IMG/VR virus record: IMGVR_UViG_3300023171_000008
Coordinates: 38,558-102,557 of that record
Length of the DNA: 64,000 bases
Strand: one strand, 5' to 3'
Source: a virus
Numbering within the stretch: the stretch's first letter is position 1; the number at the start of each line of letters is the position of its first letter. This document shows positions 10,526 through 20,078 of this stretch, piece after piece. Under the pieces are notes generated by a model, which saw only the letters and a program-made list of their open reading frames with translations, was not told where the DNA came from and did no database searches. Both the position numbers and the translations under genes were made by a program.

Positions 10526-11508
10526 TATTCTGAGTATTGCATTGAACCTATATCTGATACTACATAATTAAATGTAACTATGTATTCATCTTTAATACTA
10601 GATAAAGGATAATATTTTAGTAATTGTGTTTCTAATGTAGCTAATAATATTTCTTGACCTATGAATGCAGGAATATCATTATAAGTTAAATTACCTAATG
10701 CTGGTAAACTTAATATTTTTAAAGCATATGGTTCATCTAATTCAGGATCGTGATAAGTAGGATTAGTATTAATTGTAAAATCTTCTTTAACAAAAGTTAT
10801 AATTTCATCATGTATAATAACTTTATTATTATCTCCAACTGAATCAGGTGGTAAATTCAATATTTCATTATAAACTAAAGTTATATTTTTGTCAATACTA
10901 AATAAAGTATTAAAATTATTATCACTTATTTTAAATGTAATAACTTCTGTAATAAGATCTTCAGTATTCCTTTGATAACTTAAATTAATTACATTAGTAA
11001 TATTAAATATAAAATTTAAAGTTACAGGTTCATTATTATAATATAAAGTTCCATATAAAGGTAATGCTGTAATCATTATGTCTTTAGCTAAATCACTTTC
11101 TTTATCAAAATAATCTTTAGTAAACATTGATCTTGTAAAATAAAATGATTGTCCTATTTCTAAATCAATATTTTCTACTATCACATTATCTACAACAGGT
11201 GGTGTATTTATAACTATTAAATTACTATTATTAGGATTACAATCTTTACATCCAACTAAATTAGTATATATACTTCTCTGTTCTCTATATTTACAAATAT
11301 CTTTATCAGTATTTTCAAAATAGATTAATAAATTTTTAAGTTTATTTAAAGTTATATTATTATAACAAGATGGACAATCGTATATAAATTCATTAATTAT
11401 ATCTACTAATAATAAAGTTTTAAAATCTAATGTACCATAAGAACTAGCTCTATTTAACTTTTTATATAAAGAACCTATTAATGTTTTAAAACTAGTTATC
11501 TCATTCAT
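10525..11508 (-). CDS. Tail hub-like N-terminal domain fused to two cadherin/Ig-like repeats
   Basis: Two repeats F....Y.D.E.D....I.I.(A/S)LP..G.L.YN; helical Cys-containing N-terminus; position matches crAss-like tail hub genes. Confidence 0.55.
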   Translation of the reverse strand: MNEITSFKTLIGSLYKKLNRASSYGTLDFKTLLLVDIINEFIYDCPSCYNNITLNKLKNLLIYFENTDKDICKYREQRSIYTNLVGCKDCNPNNSNLIVINTPPVVDNVIVENIDLEIGQSFYFTRSMFTKDYFDKESDLAKDIMITALPLYGTLYYNNEPVTLNFIFNITNVINLSYQRNTEDLITEVITFKISDNNFNTLFSIDKNITLVYNEILNLPPDSVGDNNKVIIHDEIITFVKEDFTINTNPTYHDPELDEPYALKILSLPALGNLTYNDIPAFIGQEILLATLETQLLKYYPLSSIKDEYIVTFNYVVSDIGSMQYSE

Positions 11509-12110
11509 TATACTAAAATTAAATTATTATCTAATATTCCAAAATTTAAATTACTATTATAAATTGGATCTCTAAGTTTTCTACAACTAATACAATCTAC
11601 ATTTGATATTAATTTCTTAAGTTTCTTATATAAATAAATAGCTTCTTCATAATATCCTAATTGCAAAGATGTACATATACCCTTATTAATTAAATATAAG
11701 TTAGTTATATTGTCAATATTGTCATGATTATTTCTACAACCAACACAATCTTCTAATTCTAATATTCTATCTAATATATAAGATTTAACATTATTTAAAT
11801 TAGCAGCAATTCCTATAACAGCATTTTGACATGATACACAGTCACTATCTTCTACATAATTAGAAGTTATTTCTAAAAACCATATACCATTAAAAGAATT
11901 AATATTTATATCATTAGTTGTAATAATAAAAACTTCATTATTACTAGTTTGTTCCAATTTAAAACTTACATCAATTGCAGTACTATAATCTTTAAATGTA
12001 TTTTCATTCCATAATAACACTTTAGTAATTATAGAATTTACATTTGTAGTAATGTCTACATTTATATTAGTAGCGTCATTATTTATTGATAAATTGTTAA
12101 TATATATCAT
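11508..12110 (-). CDS. crAss-like tail hub/connector protein
   Basis: Follows the auxiliary capsid gene; three CxxC motifs; helical C-terminus LGYYEEAIYLYKKL. Confidence 0.5.
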   Translation of the reverse strand: MIYINNLSINNDATNINVDITTNVNSIITKVLLWNENTFKDYSTAIDVSFKLEQTSNNEVFIITTNDININSFNGIWFLEITSNYVEDSDCVSCQNAVIGIAANLNNVKSYILDRILELEDCVGCRNNHDNIDNITNLYLINKGICTSLQLGYYEEAIYLYKKLKKLISNVDCISCRKLRDPIYNSNLNFGILDNNLILV

Positions 12111-12120
12111 ATGATTGCAT

Positions 12121-12157
12121 AAAAAAAGAGGAGCAAGTTAATTACTCTACTCCTCTT
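12121..12157 (-). terminator. Intrinsic terminator after the auxiliary capsid gene
   Basis: Stem AGAGGAG/CTCCTCT with an A7 run (U-tract on the minus strand). Confidence 0.75.
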
Positions 12158-12176
12158 ATTATTTTAAGATTAATTA

Positions 12177-13175
12177 TTAAACTACTGCAAGATTTGCAGG
12201 TACTTCAGCATATGTTCCAATTGCAGTACGAAGATCTGCAAGTACTGCGTTAGTAGCAGCATTTTGTGCTAGCGTGTCAGCAGATTTTTGCACTAATATA
12301 TGTAGTACTTTGTACTGACGTTCTACAATAGTAGATTTACGTGGCTCATAGTATTTAAGTGCAATTACATTATATATACCGTCTTTAGCGGTATAAAATG
12401 GAGCACGACTAAATAGATCTGCAGGAATACCCATACCATGATCTGCATCATAGTCAAATCCTTTAACAAACCATTCGTAATTAGTTGCCCATTTACCAGT
12501 ACCATTTCCAACTACACCTTGAGTTGTAACTGTTGAAGTAAGTAGACCTAAGTTACTGTTATAACCAGCAAAAGCATTTTCATATACTTTACCAACTACT
12601 TCAAAACCTAGTTTACGACCATCGTCTCTACCTGGGTTGTTAACTTGAATTACTTCAGCTACTTGAATGCCTGTACCATTAGCAGTTGCAACGAATTCAC
12701 GATTACCTCTACGACCCAAATTTCCATTTAGTGAAGCAAGTAGTCCATCACGAATTACAGTTGCAGTAGGAGCTACAGCACCAGTTACATAATAACCTTG
12801 AATTACTTCAAAGTTTTCAGATGAAAGTTGGTCAAATAGACGTACTTCAATTTCGTAAGTACGATTAGCAGCAGCTACTCCACCAGTTGCAAAACCATCT
12901 ACTTTAACTACTTTAGCAACTTCAGCCTGATAAGGTCTAACTGTTACTTTATCAACATAACGAGGATTGATTTTATCACTAAATTCATAACCTCCTAATG
13001 CAGCAGAAGCTTTTTGTAAAACCTTGAATGGTTTACCTACTCCTACGTTCGTACCATCTGCCGATAGTACTTTAATTTCTTTATCTGTTGCAGATGCAAC
13101 AAATGTATCAATAGTAGTTTCTGTTGCTACAGCGTTACCTACTATAATTCGATTTACCTGGTCGGTGCTAAACAT
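12177..13175 (-). CDS. crAss-like auxiliary capsid/stabilisation protein
   Basis: MFSTDQVNRI N-terminus, GNGTGK motif, high-expression codon bias, three genes downstream of MCP. Confidence 0.7.
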   Translation of the reverse strand: MFSTDQVNRIIVGNAVATETTIDTFVASATDKEIKVLSADGTNVGVGKPFKVLQKASAALGGYEFSDKINPRYVDKVTVRPYQAEVAKVVKVDGFATGGVAAANRTYEIEVRLFDQLSSENFEVIQGYYVTGAVAPTATVIRDGLLASLNGNLGRRGNREFVATANGTGIQVAEVIQVNNPGRDDGRKLGFEVVGKVYENAFAGYNSNLGLLTSTVTTQGVVGNGTGKWATNYEWFVKGFDYDADHGMGIPADLFSRAPFYTAKDGIYNVIALKYYEPRKSTIVERQYKVLHILVQKSADTLAQNAATNAVLADLRTAIGTYAEVPANLAVV

Positions 13176-13214
13176 TGATTAAAATGTATTTAATTAATAA
13201 TATATAATTGATTT

Positions 13215-13961
13215 TTATTCATTACGAACATCTAATTGAACTTTGGACTGTAAGTCATTTACCTTATAGTCTCTAATTGCAAGTTCAATAGCTCTATCTA
13301 ATATTTCTCGATGGATAGAATCATCTAATTCTGAAGTTAAAGGTAAAGATTCTCCATCTATAGTTAAACTTTCCAATGGATAAAGAATAGTTAAATCTCC
13401 TAATATAATAGGTTTAGGATTTTTTAAATATCTTAATCTATATTCTAAACTTCCAGTTATATTAAATGGTGATATAATTTCAACAACTTGATTAGAGTTA
13501 ACATTTGAAATATCTAATCTCCAAGCTTTACTTGTATCAGGACGTTTAAAAGGATTATTTATTTGAGTATTATATTCATCATATGAAGTAGGTTTAACTT
13601 CTATAATTGAATTATTATGACAATCATTAGAAGTTATTTTAACTTGCTCATTTACAATTAAAAATAAATCTGTAGGTAATACAAAGTATTTAGCTTGATT
13701 ACTTATATTAGAAGAATCTGTAATTGAATTAGTTGTTTTATAATCTTTAATTAATTGTCTTAAATCATTACGCCTTTTCTCAGAAGCTTCAAAACCTTTT
13801 CCTTTACGATTACTTAATGGATCATAATAATTTTTAACAAGTTGTTGTTGGGCAGTCGTGAGATAAACAGACTTCTCATATACATCTATAGGTGGAGCAG
13901 AAGCTCCTGCAATACTATTATATCCAATATCAAATTCTAATCCAAATTCTTCTACTGTCAT
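13215..13961 (-). CDS. crAss-like tail ring/tubular protein
   Basis: EKSVYLTTAQ, GFE.SEKRR.DL, NPFKRP, Y.K.PKPIIL, H.EIL.RAIELA motifs. Confidence 0.75.
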   Translation of the reverse strand: MTVEEFGLEFDIGYNSIAGASAPPIDVYEKSVYLTTAQQQLVKNYYDPLSNRKGKGFEASEKRRNDLRQLIKDYKTTNSITDSSNISNQAKYFVLPTDLFLIVNEQVKITSNDCHNNSIIEVKPTSYDEYNTQINNPFKRPDTSKAWRLDISNVNSNQVVEIISPFNITGSLEYRLRYLKNPKPIILGDLTILYPLESLTIDGESLPLTSELDDSIHREILDRAIELAIRDYKVNDLQSKVQLDVRNE

Positions 13962-14818
13962 TATTTATTAATTTTAGCTTCTAAAAGCATTCTAACTTCT
14001 TGATTCTTATTATTATCTAAATATAATACAGCATTTTCAAATGTAGATATTTGTCCAGATTCAGCTAAATCAAGTCCATCGGATGTTGAATATCTATTAG
14101 ATTTTTTAACTATAACACCTTTATCTACACCTATATTAATTAATAGTTTAGTATAAAAAGCTTTATCACTAACAACATTTACAAATGCAGTAGGATTAGT
14201 ATCAATAAATTCTTCAACTTTATGCTGTAACCAATCTAGTTTAGAATCTGAAGATAAAGCTTTATTAGTAAGTAATTTAAGTACTCCTAATAGTTTTTCT
14301 CTATCATCCTCTATTTTACCATATAGTTTAAATGCTTCTTTCTTAGAATCGTATTTACCTTTAGTTTCAAGCATTTCTTCATTCTCCCTAGTAATAACAA
14401 ATTGATAAGTAAGATTTTTATTACGATCTGCCCAAGATGGTGCAATTTCATATTTATCTAAACTTTCAAGTATTTTAATAGAGATATAACTCATTGGGTC
14501 ACTTAGATCAAATCTATTTGCACCTTCTTCTTTATAAAGAGCTACATTATATTTAGTCCAAAAGTCTCCATATACTGAAAGATTTAATCCAGTAACTTGT
14601 TCTAAATATTCTTTCTCTTCATCATTTAAAACATTCTTTATGCTGCCGTTACGTTGTAGTGGTGCATAAAACTTACGTACAGCTCCTGATAACATACCAC
14701 CTGCAATTACGTGATCTTTAGCTACATTAGCAGCCATACCTTTATTTCTATGAATGTATTTTACAATTACTATTTCATTTGGTAATGTAAAATTACTCTT
14801 AACTTCTTGTGTTTTCAT
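13961..14818 (-). CDS. Conserved crAss-like structural-module protein downstream of MCP
   Basis: FW...DLSDP..YI...IAPSW pattern; synteny. Confidence 0.65.
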   Translation of the reverse strand: MKTQEVKSNFTLPNEIVIVKYIHRNKGMAANVAKDHVIAGGMLSGAVRKFYAPLQRNGSIKNVLNDEEKEYLEQVTGLNLSVYGDFWTKYNVALYKEEGANRFDLSDPMSYISIKILESLDKYEIAPSWADRNKNLTYQFVITRENEEMLETKGKYDSKKEAFKLYGKIEDDREKLLGVLKLLTNKALSSDSKLDWLQHKVEEFIDTNPTAFVNVVSDKAFYTKLLINIGVDKGVIVKKSNRYSTSDGLDLAESGQISTFENAVLYLDNNKNQEVRMLLEAKINK

Positions 14819-14843
14819 CTTCTTCCTTAAGATTTAATATTAT

Positions 14844-14873
14844 AAAAAAGAGGTGTTTATAGGTACACCTCTT
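14844..14873 (-). terminator. Intrinsic terminator after MCP
   Basis: AAGAGGTGT/ACACCTCTT stem with an A-run. Confidence 0.75.
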
Positions 14874-14893
14874 AATAAAACCTTTAATATAAT

Positions 14894-16408
14894 TTAGTAT
14901 AATATACTTGGTATAAGTGATAGTGTACGACCTGGATCTTTCACTAATGCACCTGTACCTTCAATAAATGCAGTCATTGTAGCACTATCTTCCATTGTAG
15001 TCATTATACCACCACGTTGTCCTGTAAATGGATTACGGAAACCTGCTTGATAACCACGTATTTCTGGAGTGTTAGATACTTTAATTCTTTGAATATTAGG
15101 ATCAGCTTGCGAACCTATATAAAGAATATCATAACGATATGATTCAGCTACACCACCATCAGGGTGTATAATTTTATTACGAACCCTGTCATCATACATT
15201 GGATCTACTTCTAGTACAACATGAATGTTGTTAGGAGCGCGATATTCTGTAAATTGGAATCCTAAGCTAAATGCATTATCATGGAATTTAGATTGAACTT
15301 GTTTGATTGCATTTTGATTAGTATTATCAAAACCAATACCTGTCCAACCACTAGCTAATTGTGTAATAGCTCTGTGGAATTGAGCAGCTCCACGTTCACC
15401 TGTACGAAGGATAAATTTCCTTTCATCCCAATCTAGTTTACCTTCAGATAGTTCAGATAAGGCATCTTCTAGTAAAGCTAATGAAAATCTATTATAGAAG
15501 ATTGTATTAGAAACTTCCATTTGTTCCCTAATACCTGAACCAGCTTTAATAGTAATACCTGAAGCAGCGATATTCAAATAACGACCAGCTTCATCACGAT
15601 TGGTTTTACCAAACATCATTGTCCTAGACTTAAGTTTAGAAATCTGACGTTCAAATTGCCACATTACTTCTTGCATCCAATATTCCGATGTATGTACTTT
15701 ACCAGTTTTAGGATCTCTTGTTTCAAGACCAGTAGTATAAACTGGTTGAACTTTCATATCAATCATTGCACCAGATACTTTATGTTCTACCCTTATTGCA
15801 GTAACTGAATTACGCATTAAGAATGGGGAAGTAAATTGTATACCAGCACCTTGGATTGAAAGTTCGTCTTCAACTGGAGCACCTTCAATACTAAATCTGT
15901 TTCCAGGCAAGAATTCATCTCCAGGAATACCTGCTAATGATTCTGAACCACCCCATACTTCACAAGTATAAACATAATTTTGTCCTTCTTCATAAGGATC
16001 TTCTAGAATACGCATTTGATAAACATCTGGTCTATGTCCTGCAATCAAATGCATTTTAGTAAACCAACGTTCTGCAAATACTAGTTCAAAAGTAGTACGA
16101 GCTTGTCCTACATTAGTAGTACTTGACGTAACTACTGCACCTTCATAACGTGCTTCTACTAGTGGAATATTCCTTTCATCACTACCAATTACTTTCCATA
16201 CAAAATCTGTAGCACCTGCTTCAAGAGTTTTTTCAGGGAACATAGATAAAGTTGTATCTAGGTTTTTCATACCTGAATTTTGTAATAGAATTGTTGTAAT
16301 AGGAGATATTAGTTCTGGTTTATGTCCAAATAAAGCACCTATGTGGTTTTTAAGCGTTAGACCCGACCATGAGGTCGATTTTGTCATTTGAAAGCGACTT
16401 GTAGCCAT
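14894..16408 (-). CDS. Major capsid protein (crAss-like)
   Basis: WSGLT..NH.GA, GSGIREQME, TGERGA..FH, GFQFTEY.APN, HPDGGVAESYRYDI motifs; 504 aa. Confidence 0.9.
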   Translation of the reverse strand: MATSRFQMTKSTSWSGLTLKNHIGALFGHKPELISPITTILLQNSGMKNLDTTLSMFPEKTLEAGATDFVWKVIGSDERNIPLVEARYEGAVVTSSTTNVGQARTTFELVFAERWFTKMHLIAGHRPDVYQMRILEDPYEEGQNYVYTCEVWGGSESLAGIPGDEFLPGNRFSIEGAPVEDELSIQGAGIQFTSPFLMRNSVTAIRVEHKVSGAMIDMKVQPVYTTGLETRDPKTGKVHTSEYWMQEVMWQFERQISKLKSRTMMFGKTNRDEAGRYLNIAASGITIKAGSGIREQMEVSNTIFYNRFSLALLEDALSELSEGKLDWDERKFILRTGERGAAQFHRAITQLASGWTGIGFDNTNQNAIKQVQSKFHDNAFSLGFQFTEYRAPNNIHVVLEVDPMYDDRVRNKIIHPDGGVAESYRYDILYIGSQADPNIQRIKVSNTPEIRGYQAGFRNPFTGQRGGIMTTMEDSATMTAFIEGTGALVKDPGRTLSLIPSILY

Positions 16409-16431
16409 TATTTATTTAAGTTGTTAAAATT

Positions 16432-17490
16432 TTATAAGTCAAATACGAAGTTACTTCCGTAACTATTGGGATCTTGTGACCAACTTGGTGATCCATTATC
16501 CTGTATTTTAGTTGTTCGTGCAATCTTTTCTAAATCTTTAACAGCATTAGACTTACCTGCTGTAGCTATTTTAGAATAATCTTTAAAACCATTAGTTAAT
16601 TCATACATATAATACATTCTGGCTTCAAATTCAATAGGATTTTCTCTACGTTCCTTCATGAATTTATTTTCAAATGTACCATCTGGTGCTTTACCAACAA
16701 TTTCAGTTATAGCTTTATATACTTTATCTTGAATAGGTTTAGTAGCTTTAAAACCTTTAAGAGGTTCCTTATTATCATATACTACTTTTTTAATATCTTC
16801 TTCAAGTTTAGCTTGAGCTATTTTATCAGCTTCAATTTGTTTAATAGAATTGTCTCTTTCTAATTGTATTTGTCTAGATTGAAATTCTTTTAAACTTGTA
16901 AGTGATTCAGTAGCATCTTCTAATATAGCATCTTCACCTAAATCAATTATGCGTTTAAGTAAATTAGATGCTCTCTTTTCACCAAGACCTTGATTTATAT
17001 AATCTTCATAAATAAGTTTCTTAGCTAAATCTAAATCATCTTTTAATACATCTTCTGTAATTGAAGCAAGTGATTGTAGTTCTTGTTTACTTTGAGCAAT
17101 CTTACTAACATCTAAATTAGCAATATAATCATCTAAGATTGCTTTAGCTTGAATATCCTGCTCTCTTTTAAACACTGTAACTAAATCATCTATAGATTCG
17201 ATCTTTTCAGTTGTGATGTCAAATGAAGGTAGTAGACCTTGTTCGTGAACAACGCTAGCTAAAGAAGAATATAAGTTGGAAGAAGAATCGCTATCATCGT
17301 CATCATCTCCACCTTCATTTTGAGCATCTTCTTCAGCACCTACTTCCTCTGAACTTTTATCGTCCTCAGTGCCATTAATATTTTCATCTACATCTTCTGT
17401 AGATTCATCATCTTCGTAATTAGGTATTTCATCAATATTTAAATTAAATTCTTGATCAAATAAACCCATTTTTAATTCGTCTTCTTCCAT
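16432..17490 (-). CDS. Putative capsid scaffolding protein
   Basis: Very acidic N-terminus, helical remainder; lies between portal and MCP. Confidence 0.65.
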   Translation of the reverse strand: MEEDELKMGLFDQEFNLNIDEIPNYEDDESTEDVDENINGTEDDKSSEEVGAEEDAQNEGGDDDDDSDSSSNLYSSLASVVHEQGLLPSFDITTEKIESIDDLVTVFKREQDIQAKAILDDYIANLDVSKIAQSKQELQSLASITEDVLKDDLDLAKKLIYEDYINQGLGEKRASNLLKRIIDLGEDAILEDATESLTSLKEFQSRQIQLERDNSIKQIEADKIAQAKLEEDIKKVVYDNKEPLKGFKATKPIQDKVYKAITEIVGKAPDGTFENKFMKERRENPIEFEARMYYMYELTNGFKDYSKIATAGKSNAVKDLEKIARTTKIQDNGSPSWSQDPNSYGSNFVFDL

Positions 17491-17519
17491 GACAATTATT
17501 ATGTTTTATTTAAAGTTTA

Positions 17520-17550
17520 CAAATATAATACAATTCATAAAAAAATCCAA
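17520..17550 (-). promoter_or_regulatory. Bacteroidota sigmaA-type promoter for scaffold/MCP
   Basis: Minus strand TTGG-N19-TATATTTG, matching the TTTG..TAnnTTTG consensus. Confidence 0.7.
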
Positions 17551-17580
17551 GAGTTAAGTATAAAATTGTTAACTCTTGGA
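17539..17580 (-). terminator. Intrinsic terminator after portal
   Basis: 12-bp stem TCCAAGAGTTAA/TTAACTCTTGGA plus A-run; overlaps the -33 element of the next promoter. Confidence 0.75.
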
Positions 17581-17598
17581 CAAATTCCTAATAGCTTT

Positions 17599-19992
17599 TT
17601 ATGCAGTTGTTTTCTTCTTAATACGAGCTATTTGATTAGACTCTTTCTTAAGTTCAACGTTATCTTTATGTTTTAACATATCCTGATCTAACGCTTTAAT
17701 TTTAGTAACATAATCATTTCTAACTTTTTCAGCATCTAATTCAAGCTTTTGTTCTGCAGTAGGATCTACAATACCATCATTATTTTCATCTTCATCAGAC
17801 ATACTATGACTTAATTCAGCAACATAACGTTTAGTTTCATTATCTCGTTGATTTTTCATATCTTCTAATTGAAGTTTTTGTTGTTCTAATTGAGATTGAG
17901 CTTGTATCTGTTCTCTAGCAATTTTATTCTGTTCTGAAGCTTGTTCAGACTGACGTTGTTGCATAGTTTCTTCAGCAGTTTCTAACTTACGTCTCATATC
18001 CATTAATGAAGGACTAAAGTAAATATCCATTATAGTAGATAGTGAACCACCATTTTGAATAAAAGCTTGAGCATATTGTTTAATAGCTTGCTCTAATTCA
18101 ATAGATTTAGGTGTGCTAGATACTAATAATCCATAATCAGATTCTGCAAAATCTTCACCTTCCATATTAAGTACTTCTATAGTTTGATCATCAAGTATAT
18201 ATTGTACTTTCTTATTTTCAGTATCCTTTAATGCTATCTTAGCAGCTTCTAAAAATGCGGTTAAACATCTAATTTTAACAGATTCGTGTTTTTGAAACCA
18301 CCATTCAGTAATATGTGAACTTTGATTTACAGCTCTTTCAACACCACCTACAGTTTCTCTGTTAGATATTTGACCTTCACGTTGTTGAGATACACCACAT
18401 ATTTCACCCATCTCCATTTTAATGAATTCAAGTAATTGTATATGTTGTTGAATATAATTACCAGTTTCCATATCAATAACACGTCCACCAATATTATTCA
18501 TATTACCTGCTAATTTACCAGTTGATTGACCATGATTACCCTCTTTAAATGAATCTACTACAGCAATTTTATTTACTACAGCAAAGTGTAACCATTTATC
18601 CATTTCCCAGTTAGCAGGTACTTTAGCTAAATCCAGTTCCATTATTCTACCATAATTAGTAGCAATAGCTTTATTTAACCTATCCCATATAGCATCATAC
18701 ATATATTGGTAATTCTTAGCTCTATCCATTAATGATACAGCCTTACCTTGATTAGTATTATATATTTGACCTATAATACCTAAATGTCCTTTAGATGGAT
18801 TATTGGCTTTAATATATTGTACAGGTAAAGGACGCATCTTTAAGAATATATCTCTACCTAACATTGTACCTTCCCACCCTTCATTAATCCAAAATATAGT
18901 TTCTTCTTCTCCTAATGTTTCATTAGTTTTATATTCTTCAGATTCAAATCTAAATTGAGTTTCACCATATTCATCATAGTACTTAATTTTCTTAACTTTA
19001 CGTAAAGACTTCCAACGTACTTTTAGTTCTCTAACATTTCCAAATTGATCTGTATAATTAGAACCAAATTTATGTCCATTGATTTCAGCTAATGTAAATA
19101 CTGAATCATATAATCCAAGTAATTCTTTATTATTAGCAAATAAACTACCTCTATTATGATCATCAGAATAACTACCTTTAGAATTAGAAGTTGCAAAGTC
19201 CATCATAAAATCAATGTCTTCAACTTTTAATTCATCGAAGTAATCATCTATTAATTGAGCAGGTGATTTATAATCTTCTATAATTATAATAGAAGCATCT
19301 TCAAACCTATCTGAATTACCACTTCTTATTGCACTAACTTTTAAAGGATTTAACTTTTCAAACACAGGTTCATTATGAAGCACATCTATTAAATATACTT
19401 CTTCTGCCATTATTAAAGCATCTTTAAATCCGTTACTAAACTTTTCTTGAAATTCTAATTCTTGCCAATAATGTCTAAGTATTTGACTAGCCATTTTTTC
19501 ACGTAGATCTTGCCAAGAATATTTCATATATTTATCAAGTTCAGCCATTTTAGCTTTTAATTCATCATCTTGATAATTAGCTTCTAATATTTCAGTTAAC
19601 TTTTGAGTTAGATGTTTTTTCTTATCCTCTTCTTTACGTGTTATAGCATCAGGATTAGTAACAATTACTGACCAATCAAATCTACGTTTTATTTCTTCAC
19701 CAACCAGTAAATCAATTTTAGGTACAACAATAGGATGATGTGGTATATTTTCAGTTACAAAACTAGCATCTAAATGATGTGGATTAACTATACCTGTTAA
19801 ATCCTCTATATCAACAATACCATTATAAAGATTTAAATTAGTGAATTTAGTTTTTAAACTCTTTCTAACTTCTTCATTATAGTAAAATGAATATTGATTA
19901 GCATGTTTTATATTGTCAATTCTCCAATCCTTATTCTTTTGACTATAAGGTAATCGTTGACGAGGTAAAGGAATATTTGTAAAGTTCTCCAT
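17599..19992 (-). CDS. Portal protein (crAss-like)
   Basis: LPRQRLP, PKIDLLVGEE, W.NE.WEG, GVSQQREGQI, C-terminal coiled coil; between TerL and scaffold. Confidence 0.88.
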   Translation of the reverse strand: MENFTNIPLPRQRLPYSQKNKDWRIDNIKHANQYSFYYNEEVRKSLKTKFTNLNLYNGIVDIEDLTGIVNPHHLDASFVTENIPHHPIVVPKIDLLVGEEIKRRFDWSVIVTNPDAITRKEEDKKKHLTQKLTEILEANYQDDELKAKMAELDKYMKYSWQDLREKMASQILRHYWQELEFQEKFSNGFKDALIMAEEVYLIDVLHNEPVFEKLNPLKVSAIRSGNSDRFEDASIIIIEDYKSPAQLIDDYFDELKVEDIDFMMDFATSNSKGSYSDDHNRGSLFANNKELLGLYDSVFTLAEINGHKFGSNYTDQFGNVRELKVRWKSLRKVKKIKYYDEYGETQFRFESEEYKTNETLGEEETIFWINEGWEGTMLGRDIFLKMRPLPVQYIKANNPSKGHLGIIGQIYNTNQGKAVSLMDRAKNYQYMYDAIWDRLNKAIATNYGRIMELDLAKVPANWEMDKWLHFAVVNKIAVVDSFKEGNHGQSTGKLAGNMNNIGGRVIDMETGNYIQQHIQLLEFIKMEMGEICGVSQQREGQISNRETVGGVERAVNQSSHITEWWFQKHESVKIRCLTAFLEAAKIALKDTENKKVQYILDDQTIEVLNMEGEDFAESDYGLLVSSTPKSIELEQAIKQYAQAFIQNGGSLSTIMDIYFSPSLMDMRRKLETAEETMQQRQSEQASEQNKIAREQIQAQSQLEQQKLQLEDMKNQRDNETKRYVAELSHSMSDEDENNDGIVDPTAEQKLELDAEKVRNDYVTKIKALDQDMLKHKDNVELKKESNQIARIKKKTTA

Positions 19993-20011
19993 TTTTAATT
20001 AATTAAACTAC

Positions 20012-20042
20012 GCAATATACAAAATTAATATTCATATTCAAA
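20012..20042 (-). promoter_or_regulatory. Bacteroidota-type promoter for portal
   Basis: Minus strand TTTG-N19-TATATTGC. Confidence 0.55.
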
Positions 20043-20078
20043 ATAAATATTTAGTTATTAATAATAATTTGATTTTCC

